A stretch of DNA of 64,000 bases, from positions 1 to 64,000 of the forward strand of contig CBDCCZ010000044.1 of assembly GCA_965215005.1 (NCBI GenBank), in the 5' to 3' direction. Below, in pieces: positions 1 to 10,527 of this stretch (position 1 is its first letter; every line of letters begins with the position of its first letter). Origin of the DNA: Kofleriaceae bacterium. GTDB lineage: Bacteria; Myxococcota_A; Polyangia; Haliangiales; Haliangiaceae. The notes beneath the pieces are model-generated. The model was not told where the DNA came from. It saw only the letters and a list, made by a program, of their open reading frames with translations, and ran no database searches. The position numbers and the translations under genes are program-made.

Positions 1-804
1 GGCGGCCAAACTGGTGGGCGCCGTTGCGGTTCACACCAAACACGGACGTAATCCCGGTTCGCGCAGTTACCATTGGCTGCGTCGCGCGGCCGCCAGGTGT
101 GCAGATGTCTTCGTGGCTGTATCGGAGACTACAGCCGCGCAGGCACTAGACCAACGAGACTGCTTGCCGGAGCGACTGACGGTGGTGACCAACGGCATTG
201 AGCTCGGGCGATTTCGCCCGGATCCAGCGGTGCGCGCTGCGGCGCGCCGCGAGCTCGGAATCGACGCTTCGGCATGGGTCCGTGGGCACCGTGGGTCGCG
301 TCGACGACAACAAGAACCAGTCGCTTTTGATTCGCGCAGCAGCGGCCATACTGGAAACCGATGGTCACGTGGTGATTGTTGGAGATGGGCCGGCGATGGC
401 GACGGTGCGAGCGAGCGCCGCGGCAGCTCGCCCTGATCGCGTTCACTTGCTAGGACGCCGAATGGACGTCCATCGGTTGATTCCGGCGTTCGACGTATTC
501 GCGTTGTCGTCGACGACCGAGGGGCTGCCGCTAGTGCTGCCGGAGGCGATGGCGTGCGGCGGTGCCAGTGGTGAGCACCGCCGTCGGCGGCATCCCCGGC
601 GTCATCGACGATGGCCGCACGGGTTTACTGGTTCCGGCCGGTGATGAGCCGGCGCTTGCCGCCGCGCTCGCCGCGTTGGCCAATGATCGCGCGCGCACGC
701 AGGCGATGGGACTGGCGGCGCGCACTGATGCGTTGGCGCGCTACTCCGCCGAGCGAATGCTCGAGGATTACATGCGCCTCTATGAAGAGGCGCGTGCTGG
801 ATGA
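1..804 (+). CDS. Glycosyltransferase family 4 (GT-B), 5'-truncated by the window edge, two apparent +1 frameshifts
   Basis: Pieces of ORFs 14..436, 198..644 and 562..804 join into a GT4: VHTKHG...VAVS...VVTNGI, VGTVGR...KNQ, FALSSTTEGLPLVLPEAMACG, VPVVSTAVGGIPGVI. Extra bases near 281 and 560. Confidence 0.85.
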
Positions 805-835
805 GGCGCCGCGGCGCCAACGGGAAGGGGCGGCT

Positions 836-3180
836 GTGATCAAATACGTCGCGACGTCGATTGTGCTCCTTGGTATTGCGATGCCGCGTCTCGCGGGCGC
901 CCAGCCGGAAGGCGGGCACCCGCGCATCTGGCTCGATCGCGACACGCGCGCTCCGATTCGTGGAATTGGGCAAAGGATTCCGAAAGCGCGGTGGCGCGCG
1001 CGGTGCGGCGCTGCACCGATGTTCGCGAGCGACCCGCAGAATACGCCGATGGCGGCTTTCAAGGTCTCTCGTTCGCGGCGACGCTATCGAGCTGCCTGGT
1101 TGCGTACGTGGCTACCAACTCTGGGGCGCATCTCGAGACGTCGATTCAATACTTCGAAGTCTTGCTCGACGATTATCAGCGCATCGGCGATGGCCGCGGT
1201 GGCGACGAGGTGGTTCGCAACAACACGGGCTACGCAATGCGTGCGTTTGCTCCCTACGCGGCGCTGGCGTACGACTGGCTGTATTCAGAGCTGTCCGATG
1301 AGCTCAAAGCCAAAGCAAGGGGGCGATTTGCCGCGTGGACCGGCTGGTACCGCAGCGACGGGTATTTGGCCCGATGTTCCCGGAGCCAATTATCAAGCTG
1401 GTTACATCTTCGGCGCGACCCTGATCGCGATTGCGCAGGCCGGGGATGCGGGCGCGGCAGGAGCGGAGCTTTGGCAGCACGTCATCGAGCAGATTTGGAT
1501 GGAGGAGATGGCGACCGCGCTCGAGCCGGGCGGTGTTCTAGACGGTGGCGACTGGGGCCGAAGGTTGGCAGTACGGGCCCCTCAGCGTGCTCGAATATGC
1601 GCTGCTAGGTCGCGCGCTTCGCGATGTTGGGATCGCATTGCCGGCGCTCGATCGCTGGGCGGGTTCGCTGCTATTGCGCCACGTATACGCTTCGACGCCC
1701 ACGGATGACCAACAATTTGCGGCCGGAGACGTGAGCACGGCGGAGCTGTATGTGCCGCAAAACGAGCGCACGTTGTTTGCGATCATTGCTGGCACTGCGC
1801 CGAAGCAGGCGCAGGCGTGGGCGCGTGCCGAGCTTCAGCGAATGGGCGAAGCAGAGCGGGATTTTCTTCTGTTCGCGGCGCTGGCCGAAGCTCGTGACGG
1901 TGAGGCGATCGAGCTGGATTCGCAGCCAGGCGCCAACAATCTACCGAGCGAGCGGCACCGGCAACGTCTATGCGCGCTCGGACTGGTCGCCGTCAGCGAT
2001 TTGGGCGGTCACGCAGTGCGCGCCCCAGGTGGTGCCCGACCATCAGCATCTCAACGCTGGGAACTTCGTGCTGGTTCGCGGCAGCGATGATGCCATCATT
2101 GATCCCGGCGCCTACGGCTCGTTATCAAGCCTTACCGGCAATGCTCCAACCGTGGCGTCGCCGAACCTGCCAGAAGGATATCGACCAAGTCAGGGACCCT
2201 GGGGCGAAGATGTCGGCTACGACTGGGCCGAGCAGACGGAGTCGGGAGTTTTGGTAACTCGATGTCGGTACGCTGATCAGTACCGTTTCCGTGAGGTTGC
2301 CTCGGATGTCGCCTACGCGGTGCGCGACACGATCATTGCGCCGGCGGAAGGTGATGCGTGGGCGGTGATCATCGATCGCGTGCGCACCGGTGATATGACG
2401 CGGCCGCTGCACTTGCGCTTTCGCACCCGCACCGCGCTCGCGCTCGCGCTCGCCGGTGACGTGGCGAGCGGAGCTGTGGGCGGTTCAGCGCTGGCAATCC
2501 ATCGGCTGTACTCCAGCAGCGGGACGCCTCTGGTGCGGCCGATGCCGGTTGGCGGCTGCGAGGGAGTGGCGCGCGGGCAATGCCGCGACGCGCGAGTTGC
2601 TGGCGATGAGTATGTTCTCGAAGTTGGCGATGAGGCGCCCGCCGCGATTCACGTCGTCGATGTTCGCGACGCGAGCACCGAGGCTCGTGCGGTGCAACTC
2701 GCGACCGGCGATGGCTACAAGGTCGCGATGGCCGAGCGCAACGACGAGACGTTGATGGTCATCGCTGCGGATGCGCCGTCGAGCGCGGCGCCCGCGAGCT
2801 CGCTTTCGTATCGAGTGCCCGCAACCGAGGCCACCCACGTGGTGGTCGACGCCCCGGCAGGAGCTGAAAATCGAGCCGACGTGAGCGCCACCCGCGACGG
2901 CGATGCATGCGTCGTGACGGTAACGGCGCGCGCGGGCACTGGCGGGATGCTGGCGACGCCGCTCGTGATGAAGGTGAGTGAGAGCTGCGCAGTGAGCGCA
3001 GTGGCGATGCAGACCCCGCTGTCGCCGCCAGCCTCGGATGCCGGCGATGGCGAGGAGCTGCATGGCGGCTGCGGCTGTCGCGCGGGCGGCTCCTCCGCAG
3101 CAAGCGCGCTACTCTACGGAATAGTTCTTGTTGCCCTCGGCATAGGCGAGCGCCGGAAACGCCATCATGCTGTGAAATAG
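836..3180 (+). CDS. Heparinase II/III-like (polysaccharide lyase-like) protein with MYXO-CTERM tail, paralog 1; about five +1 frameshifts
   Basis: GTG at 836 after GGAAGGGG, then a signal peptide and HPRIWLD. Segments in ORFs 991..1608, 611..1708, 1545..2090 and 1750..3180 are colinear with the intact paralogs (GANYQAGY, EGWQYG, DHQHLNAGN, SSLTGNAPTV). C-terminus GGCGC + hydrophobic helix + RRKR. Confidence 0.7.
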
Positions 3181-4161
3181 CGCCCGCGAAATCACTCGTC
3201 CCACCGCAATGCGTTTGACGTTGAGCGGGCTCGGGCGCGTCCACATGTAATTGACGCCGGTCGCGTTGGAAAAACCAATCGAGTAGCCGGCGTCGGAGAC
3301 CGCGCGACAGATATCAGGGCGACCCATGACTGAGTGGCCGACTGGATACGCCACCGTACGGACCGGCCGGCCGAGCTCACGCTCGAGATCTTCGCGCGAG
3401 CCTGCGAGCTCTTCGGCCAATGACTCGGGCGACAGCGTCTGCAGCACCCGGTGGCGGCGTGTGTGTGATTCGACATCCATGCCGGCATCCCGGAGGCGGC
3501 GAATGTCGTCCCAGTTCATGATCAATCGATCGGCTAGCTCGCGCTCGACAGCGTCGGACCACGAAACGCCGCTCGCCTCGGTCAAGACGTCGAGGTAGCG
3601 GTCGAGGTCGAGGCGAGCTTGGTCCTTGACCACGCGCAGCACGCGCTGAATCGAATCTGCTTTGCGCAGATCGAAGCGCATGGGCTGCGGATAGTCGATC
3701 TCGATGACGAATTTATCGGTGCTCTTGAGAAGAAAGTTGATGCGGTCCCACCAATAGAGGCGACGCGCTTTGACATATTCGGTGGCGATGAAGAACGTCG
3801 CGCGCAGGCCATATTCCTGCAGCATCGGCAGGACCACGTCGTGGCAGGAGCGATAGCCGTCGTCGAAGGTGATCATCGCGGCGTTGGGCGGCAGCGACTT
3901 GCCACGGTAAGCCGCTACCAGCTCATCGACGCCAATCACGTTGAAGCGCTGCTGCAAGAGCTCGAGGTGGTCGCGAAACTGCGCCGGCGTGGCGTCAACG
4001 ACCTCTGCATCGCAGGGATAATCGAGGGCGACGTCGGACACCGAGTGGTAGGTGAGTATGGTGAGGACTGGGAGGCGGCTCTTGGCGCGCGCCCTCAGCA
4101 CCATGTCGAGCGCGCCGCTTCGCACAAGCAATTGCGCCAGACGCTCGCGCTTTCCCCGCAT
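3109..4161 (-). CDS. Polysaccharide deacetylase (CE4/NodB-like)
   Basis: Motifs LTYHSV, ITFDDGY, SHTRRH, VAYPVG. ATG at 4161 is preceded by GGAGA. Confidence 0.9.
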   Translation of the reverse strand: MRGKRERLAQLLVRSGALDMVLRARAKSRLPVLTILTYHSVSDVALDYPCDAEVVDATPAQFRDHLELLQQRFNVIGVDELVAAYRGKSLPPNAAMITFDDGYRSCHDVVLPMLQEYGLRATFFIATEYVKARRLYWWDRINFLLKSTDKFVIEIDYPQPMRFDLRKADSIQRVLRVVKDQARLDLDRYLDVLTEASGVSWSDAVERELADRLIMNWDDIRRLRDAGMDVESHTRRHRVLQTLSPESLAEELAGSREDLERELGRPVRTVAYPVGHSVMGRPDICRAVSDAGYSIGFSNATGVNYMWTRPSPLNVKRIAVGRVISRALFHSMMAFPALAYAEGNKNYSVE

Positions 4162-4285
4162 CGTTTCTCCAGTGTAGTGAGCCTCATCGCGCATCGCAAA
4201 CGCCGCGAAACTCTGCCGAGCGATCGCGTGGAATCGAGACAGGCCGCTTGAACGGCGGTATCCTGCGCCGAGCTCTGCGCGCGCC

Positions 4286-5668
4286 ATGTTTTCCATTCCC
4301 GGCATCGTCGGCCTCTTGGTCTTCATCTATATCCGGCCGCAGGAGTTCATCGAGCCCCTGCAAAAGGTCCCGTTCCTATACGTTTTCTGCTTGATGGCGA
4401 TCGCCGGGTTCGTCATCGACATCCGCCTACGGCTACTAAAGCCGGGCGCCACACCCATCCTGCCATTTGCCGTCGGCTACGTCATCTGGTGTCTCTTGAC
4501 GGTCTTCCTCAAAGCGGAGCCGGCGGTGGCGATAGGCCCTGCCATCGAGCTTTGCGTCGCCTTTTTGATCTATTTCGTCATTGCCCACAGTATCCAGAAG
4601 TTTCGCACGCTGCTGTTGTTGGCGGCGGTGGTGTGCAGCTTGGGACTGTTTCTCACCTGGGTTGGCGTCGAGCAGGGCCTGTCGGAGTGGGGCTGCGCCC
4701 AGATGGATCCCGCCAATCCCGCCGCTGGTATCCCCGATGGCCGCACGTGCAAGCCCGAGTTCTACGGGCAGGACTGCTTGGGCTTCGATGCTGAGCCGGG
4801 CGCTACGTACACCTGTGAGCGGGTGGGTCTGTTCGGCACCACCTCGATTCATGGGCGCGTTCGGTATCGCGGCAAGCTGCAAGACCCCAATGAGCTATCT
4901 CTCACCGTTTGCATCACGGTGATTCCGATCATGATTGCGTTCGCCACCCGGCGCCGTTCTTTGCGCTTTTGGGCCGTCGCTGCCGCCGCCATATTTGCAG
5001 TGCTGGTGTGCGTAATCATGACGCAGTCGCGCGGCGGACAGCTGGTGTTTCTCGGCGTCATCGGCGTGTACTTTGTGAAGCGCTATGGCATTCGCGGCGC
5101 TGGGTTCGGGTTCGCGCTAGCGGTGCCGGTGTTGCTCATGGGCGGCCGCAGCGATAGTGCCGCTGATGAGTCGACGATGCAGCGTTATGAGGCGTGGTCA
5201 ACGGGTCTACAGATGTTTCGCGCTGACCCGGTGTTTGGCGTGGGGTACAGCCGATTCGTCGATCACCACTATCTCACCGCCCACAACAGTTATGTATTGG
5301 CACCCGCTGAGACTGGCTTTCTCGGCATGGTGCTCTGGTCGACACTCATATATCTGTCGATCAAGACGTTGATCGTTGGTCAGTGGCGCCTTCGAGCTAC
5401 GCCGGGTGCCCAGGTCGCGCGCGACTGGGGACTGGCGTTGACTGCGAGCATGGCGGGCCTGCTCATCCAGATGACGTTCCTCTCCTTTGCCTATCATCCG
5501 GTGTTGTGGACGTTCCTAGGCCTTTGCGGCGCGTATTACTCGGCGGTCAAGAGTCACGACCCGAGCTTCGAAGTGGGCTTTAGGCTCCGGGATTTGGCGC
5601 TGGTGGTCGCGATTGATATCGCATTACTCATCGGCATCTTCGTGGTCGTGCGCCTCAAGAACTTCTGA
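4286..5668 (+). CDS. O-antigen ligase/Wzy polymerase-like membrane protein
   Basis: Many TM helices with DPNEL, TQSRGG, FGVGYSRF and TAHNSY..APAETGFLG motifs typical of the Wzy_C family. Confidence 0.85.
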   Translation: MFSIPGIVGLLVFIYIRPQEFIEPLQKVPFLYVFCLMAIAGFVIDIRLRLLKPGATPILPFAVGYVIWCLLTVFLKAEPAVAIGPAIELCVAFLIYFVIAHSIQKFRTLLLLAAVVCSLGLFLTWVGVEQGLSEWGCAQMDPANPAAGIPDGRTCKPEFYGQDCLGFDAEPGATYTCERVGLFGTTSIHGRVRYRGKLQDPNELSLTVCITVIPIMIAFATRRRSLRFWAVAAAAIFAVLVCVIMTQSRGGQLVFLGVIGVYFVKRYGIRGAGFGFALAVPVLLMGGRSDSAADESTMQRYEAWSTGLQMFRADPVFGVGYSRFVDHHYLTAHNSYVLAPAETGFLGMVLWSTLIYLSIKTLIVGQWRLRATPGAQVARDWGLALTASMAGLLIQMTFLSFAYHPVLWTFLGLCGAYYSAVKSHDPSFEVGFRLRDLALVVAIDIALLIGIFVVVRLKNF

Positions 5669-6805
5669 GCGGTTGCGCCAGCTCCGGGTATGCTCTGCGG
5701 CCAAATCGAGCGCGCGGCGTGCCCAGATCGCTGGTCTTCGCCGACGAGTTGCATGCAGACGAACCAGCGGCCGCACGTGGCTGGCAAGCTGCATTTTGTA
5801 GCGCGAGGTTCCGTTGAGAAAGTCATACTCGCGGCGGCCGCGTTGAATGGAATCGGCGATGGCCAGGGCATGTACGGCGATGCCGGGCCGTAGCTTAGGC
5901 GGCAGGCCAGTTTCTCGGCCCCCTTGATAGAAGTAGACTTTGCCATTCCACACCAAGCTGTAGACCACGGCGATTGGTTTGCCGTCGATGTGGATCCACG
6001 CGAGATCGAGAGCCCCGATAGCCAAGAGCTCGGGCATCACGCGGAAGTGAAAATCTGTGAAGCGCTGCGAAGCGAACAGCCCGCTGCGGCCTTCTTCTTG
6101 CCAGCGCTTTTCGTGTAGCTCGAGGAGGATGCGCTGGCCTTCACTGAGCTCGGCAGGTCCTTCCACGCGGGTGTAGGTCACTGGACCCTTGCCCCACTTT
6201 TCGAGATCGCGCAGCGACCGGCGCACCAGGTAGCGACGCGAAGAGCTCAGGCCGGCCAAATAGGCATCCCACGACTCGGGCAAAAGGACATACGGTGCGG
6301 CTCCTTGGCGCTCGAGCACAGTGTCGAGTCCGACTCGATTGAGAGCGGCCGCGAGCTGCGCCGGCAGCGCCGACAGGCCATTTTGCAACTCGAGCACGAG
6401 CTCATCGAATGGACCCATCGCACCCGCGGCGGCGGCTTCGGCAAATGCACGCGCCACGCGTTCTTCGGCGCCACGCTCGGCAATGATGCCGATGTAGTCC
6501 GAGCAGATCTCATCGGCTTCGTTCTCGCCGGAGCCCACCAGCTCGAGGCGGCGCAGCGGCACGAGCCTGCGATGGCGCGCGCGGCGCGACAACAGCGGTG
6601 CAAGTCCCACCAGACGTCCGTGCTCGCGAAACACCAACGCCGTCAGCATGCGCCCATCGTCGCCGAACACGCGCCACCACGCATTCAGCCACAGCGGCGA
6701 TAACGTCGGCTCATTGGCGTCGCTGCGTGCCATCAGCTCACGCCATGACTCCTCGAGCGCGATGAGCTGCTGCCAGTCTTCGAGCACTGTGGTTTCCATG
6801 GTCAT
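5624..6805 (-). CDS. GNAT-family acyltransferase, CelD/BcsL-like
   Basis: SPLWLNAWW, LVGLAPL, SDYIGII, SWDAYLAGLS, YFYQGG and YDFLNGTSRYK pattern. Confidence 0.85.
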   Translation of the reverse strand: MTMETTVLEDWQQLIALEESWRELMARSDANEPTLSPLWLNAWWRVFGDDGRMLTALVFREHGRLVGLAPLLSRRARHRRLVPLRRLELVGSGENEADEICSDYIGIIAERGAEERVARAFAEAAAAGAMGPFDELVLELQNGLSALPAQLAAALNRVGLDTVLERQGAAPYVLLPESWDAYLAGLSSSRRYLVRRSLRDLEKWGKGPVTYTRVEGPAELSEGQRILLELHEKRWQEEGRSGLFASQRFTDFHFRVMPELLAIGALDLAWIHIDGKPIAVVYSLVWNGKVYFYQGGRETGLPPKLRPGIAVHALAIADSIQRGRREYDFLNGTSRYKMQLASHVRPLVRLHATRRRRPAIWARRALDLAAEHTRSWRNRSEVLEAHDHEDADE

Positions 6806-8274
6806 TCAGTCTTCTCGCGCGCGAAGATGCTCGACTTCACCAGTCCGAGGAAGTCGCGGGAGGTACGTGGCGCGAGCACCAGCGCCGACGGCACGTACAG
6901 CACGGCTCCGGCGATGATCTCACCCAGGAGTGAAATCAGGTCGCTTTCGACCCCGAGCGCATCGAAGCCCACTCGCGTTCCGAGAACCGCTGCGACCATG
7001 GGACCGCAGGCAAGCAGCGGCCCGACGAAGCCGGGGAGAAAGTCGCGCAGTCGTGGTCCGTTCTTGAGAGACACGACCACGATGCCCATGATCGCGGATA
7101 ATCCGAATCCGACACCCACGCCTACGCACGCCCAAACCGGACCCAAAGGCGCGAGCGCCACCACTCCACCAAGCAAGAAGATGATGTCTACGATGCCCAT
7201 CCACATCATCAGCTGCGTGCGTGAATACGAAAGCAAATAGGCGCCCAGCGACCAACCGATGGGCCGAAACACCGAAACCGACGCGAGCACCGTCAACAGC
7301 GGTGCGACGCCCTGCCATTCCTCATTGAGGATGACGGCGATGAGGGACTCGGCCACGGAGCCGAGGCCGATGGCCATGGGGAAGATGAGCAGCGCCAGCA
7401 ACGCAGTAGAGCGGACGAGCGCCGGGCCGCGTCGCTCGGGTGCAAGCTTGCCCATGGAAGGCAAGAGCACGGCGCCAATGTGCTCACCTACCTGCGTTGC
7501 AGGAATATCCGCGAGATTGTAGGCAAGGTTATAGAGACCCATGTCCGCGGCGCCAAAGTAGCGAGAGAACACGAGGTTGTCCCAATAGCGCTGCGCGTAC
7601 CCCATGGTCGACATGATGCCCATAGGAATGCCGAACTGAAAGATGTCGCGCGTGCGTTGCCAGGTGATGCGACACGGCGTGAGCCACTCGCGTATTCCGG
7701 CAGCGCCTATCAATACCGCCAGCAGCAGCGCCGACTGGAGAATATTGCCGATAACGATGGCGTGGCCGCCGAGAGAGGTGGTCGCTGCCAACGCCACTGC
7801 CGAGACCGTATAGAGAATCTCGCCTAAACCATTGGCGACCGCGACCGCGCGAAATCGCATGTCGCGAATCAAGATCTTGTCGGGGATCGAAGCCAGGCGC
7901 CGCAACGCCACAGCCAAGACCATGCCCGGTAGAAAGGCCGCGAGCCCCGGCGCATCGAGCACCGGACCGAGACGCGGACCAAGAACTAGGATGGTCCCGA
8001 GGCCGATGACGCCAAAGATGACCATGAAGAACGTGGCGTGAAACGGAACGTCCCGTCCCTGATCGCCCTTGACGACGATGTAGTTGCCAAACCCCATGTT
8101 GGAGAAGGTGTTGGCGGTGTAGACGAGAATCGTTGCCGCTGCGACCTCGCCGATGACTTCTGGCGCGAGAAACCGCGTGATGATCACCGTGCCGAGGGCA
8201 CCGATGATGCGCGCACCGATACTCGCTGTGATGGTCCACGCGGCACCCTGCACCGCTTTACGTGCCAAGGACAT
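6802..8274 (-). CDS. wzx: Wzx oligosaccharide flippase
   Basis: MSLARKAVQGAAW start, RFLAPEVIG, DMRFRAVA, GLYNLAYNLA; 12-14 TM helices. Confidence 0.9.
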   Translation of the reverse strand: MSLARKAVQGAAWTITASIGARIIGALGTVIITRFLAPEVIGEVAAATILVYTANTFSNMGFGNYIVVKGDQGRDVPFHATFFMVIFGVIGLGTILVLGPRLGPVLDAPGLAAFLPGMVLAVALRRLASIPDKILIRDMRFRAVAVANGLGEILYTVSAVALAATTSLGGHAIVIGNILQSALLLAVLIGAAGIREWLTPCRITWQRTRDIFQFGIPMGIMSTMGYAQRYWDNLVFSRYFGAADMGLYNLAYNLADIPATQVGEHIGAVLLPSMGKLAPERRGPALVRSTALLALLIFPMAIGLGSVAESLIAVILNEEWQGVAPLLTVLASVSVFRPIGWSLGAYLLSYSRTQLMMWMGIVDIIFLLGGVVALAPLGPVWACVGVGVGFGLSAIMGIVVVSLKNGPRLRDFLPGFVGPLLACGPMVAAVLGTRVGFDALGVESDLISLLGEIIAGAVLYVPSALVLAPRTSRDFLGLVKSSIFAREKTE

Positions 8275-8549
8275 GATAGAGACAGGTTGAGTCGGCTAGG
8301 GGTGCAGAAGCGCGAGAAGAGGACGCTACCATCGCATGAAAGCTGCCGCTCTGGCCACGGGGGCTGCGAAGCGATGGTCGAGCACAGGCCCGCACTTCGC
8401 GGCTCGCTCGCGGCGTATCGCGCGCACTTCGACCAAGGCTCGGCAGCCAGGTTTCGAGCGCGTGCGTTTGGACGCGCTCGAGTGCCGTCACGCTGACACA
8501 CGGCGCCGGTCGCGGGCTGCAAGCCTGCAGAAGTGGCTGGTTTTCGTGT

Positions 8550-8565
8550 TGGCGCTGGGCTTGCT
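8550..8565 (+). promoter_or_regulatory. Putative sigma-54 (-24/-12) promoter for the VIT-vWA/exosortase operon
   Basis: TGGCGCTGGGCTTGCT with exact GG-N10-GC spacing, ending 12 nt before ATG 8578. Confidence 0.55.
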
Positions 8566-8577
8566 CAGCTCGACGCC

Positions 8578-10527
8578 ATGGGTCACCACCACTGGGTTAT
8601 ACGGGCCGCTATCTGCGTTGTCCTGGCGATCAGCAGCGAGGCGTTGGCGGACGACCAGACGTACTCACCCTTCTTCGTCATGGATGGAGCCAGTCCTGCG
8701 ACCTTGGTCTTGCAGGAAACGCGAGCGGACGTGCAAGTCGCTGGCGTGATGGCGGAGGTGGTGGTCACGCAGACTTACGAGAATCAAGGGCAAGCGACGT
8801 TGTCGGCTCATTATGTATTTCCGGCGTCGACGCGTGCCGCGGTGCATGGCATGCGCATGACCATTGGCGAGCGGACCATTCAAGCGCAGATCCGGGAGCG
8901 GGACGCTGCTCGATCCGAATACGAGGCCGCCGAGCGACAAGGCAAGACCGCCTCCTTATTGGAGCAAGAGCGGCCAAACGTCTTCTCGATGCGCGTCGCC
9001 AACATCCTGCCGGGCGATCGCGTCCGCGTCGAGCTTCGCTACACCGAGCTGCTGGTGGCTACCGACGGGGTCTACGAGCTCGTTTATCCGACCGTCGTTG
9101 GCCCTCGCTATGCCAGCTCTGAGGCGAATGACTCGAACGCGAGCATCGACGCTCCACGTGAGCAGGCAGGAGCCTCACCGTTCTATGACCTCGAGCTGAA
9201 CGTGCTCATCGCGGCAGGAATGCCGATTTACGAGCTCGCTTCACCTTCGCACCGCATCGAAACGACGCAGCGCAAGGACCACTCGACAGCGGTTCGACTC
9301 CGGGACCTCGACGGTGGCAATCGCGACTTTATTCTGCAGTACCGCCTCGCTGGGCAGGATCTTGCTTCGGGCTTACTCCTGTATGAAGGCGCAGAGGAAA
9401 ACTATTTCTTTATGATGGTGCAACCGCCGCAGCGACCACCAGCGGAGGCGGTGCCGCCGCGCGAGTACGTCTTCATCGTCGACGTTTCTGGATCCATGGA
9501 TGGCTTTCCGCGCGAGGTGTCGGCCACGCTGATGAGAGAGCTGCTCGCCACGCTACGACCCGGCGAGCGCTTCAACGTCGTGTTATTTGCCGGCGCGTCC
9601 GCGGTCTATGCGGAGCAGCCCGTGGAGGCGAATGCGGGCAACGTCGAGGGAGCACTGACCTTCTTGCAGGCGGCGCCGGCTGGTGGCGGCACTGAGCTCT
9701 TGCCCGCACTCGAGGCAGCGCTGCGCATGAGCTCGAGTAGCGGCCGCGCGCGTAGCTTCGTCGTGATCACCGACGGATTCATCACTGCGGAGAGGCCAGC
9801 GTTTGAGCTCGTGCGCCAACATCTCGGAGAAGCCAATTTATTTGCGTTTGGTATTGGCTCGAGCGTGAATCGATTCTTGATCGAAGGTTTGGCGAAGGCC
9901 GGGCTGGGGGCGCCGTTCGTCGTCACGGAGGCCAGTGAGGCGCCACGTGTGGCCGCTGCGTTTCGCAGCTACATCGCAGCGCCAGTGCTCACCGATGTAA
10001 GTGTCGATTACGGAGACTTCCAGGTCTATGAGCTGCAGCCGGCCGCAATTCCTGATGTGTTCGCCAGTCGCCCCGTGCTCGTGTTTGGCAAGTGGCGGGG
10101 GGCGGCGCGCGGAACGATTGAGCTAACGGGCATCTCTGGTCGCGGACGATTTAGCAATCGATTCGATGTTGCGGCCGTTCGGCCCTCATTGAAACATCGT
10201 GCACTGGAGTATCTGTGGGCGCGTACCCGCATCGCCGATCTCTCAGAGCTAGGCGAGCCAAACGCTGCTGAAGAGGCCGAGATTCGCTCCCTGGGCCTTC
10301 GACACGGTCTTTTGACCCGCTTCACTTCGTTCATCGCGGTCGATCAGCGAGCTCGCGCCACCGGTGAGTCCGTCGCCGCAGCCGTGCCGCTGCCACTGCC
10401 GGAAGGCATGACGGATGCTGCACTCGGGGTCGTCGCTGGACCAGAGCCGTCGCTGGTCTGGCTGTTCATCGCAGCCGGCGCGGCATTGCTCGTGGCACAG
10501 CGCCGTCGGTTCGGCGGTGCGCGATGA
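8578..10527 (+). CDS. Secreted VIT + vWA domain protein with PEP-CTERM-like (GPEP) sorting signal
   Basis: Signal peptide; VIT domain (VTQTYEN, YVFP, SLLEQERPNVF); vWA MIDAS (DVSGSM, GGT, ITDG); C-terminus GPEPSLVWLFIAAGAALLVAQRRR. Confidence 0.85.
   Translation: MGHHHWVIRAAICVVLAISSEALADDQTYSPFFVMDGASPATLVLQETRADVQVAGVMAEVVVTQTYENQGQATLSAHYVFPASTRAAVHGMRMTIGERTIQAQIRERDAARSEYEAAERQGKTASLLEQERPNVFSMRVANILPGDRVRVELRYTELLVATDGVYELVYPTVVGPRYASSEANDSNASIDAPREQAGASPFYDLELNVLIAAGMPIYELASPSHRIETTQRKDHSTAVRLRDLDGGNRDFILQYRLAGQDLASGLLLYEGAEENYFFMMVQPPQRPPAEAVPPREYVFIVDVSGSMDGFPREVSATLMRELLATLRPGERFNVVLFAGASAVYAEQPVEANAGNVEGALTFLQAAPAGGGTELLPALEAALRMSSSSGRARSFVVITDGFITAERPAFELVRQHLGEANLFAFGIGSSVNRFLIEGLAKAGLGAPFVVTEASEAPRVAAAFRSYIAAPVLTDVSVDYGDFQVYELQPAAIPDVFASRPVLVFGKWRGAARGTIELTGISGRGRFSNRFDVAAVRPSLKHRALEYLWARTRIADLSELGEPNAAEEAEIRSLGLRHGLLTRFTSFIAVDQRARATGESVAAAVPLPLPEGMTDAALGVVAGPEPSLVWLFIAAGAALLVAQRRRFGGAR

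Noticed and set aside
1..1950. GT4 and lyase paralog 1 as true pseudogenes or programmed frameshift genes
   Set aside because: About seven breaks, all +1 and mostly in short base runs (~281, 560, 953, 975, 1371, 1556, 1925), cluster at the window edge while motifs stay intact. This fits low-coverage long-read error better; raw reads are needed to be sure.
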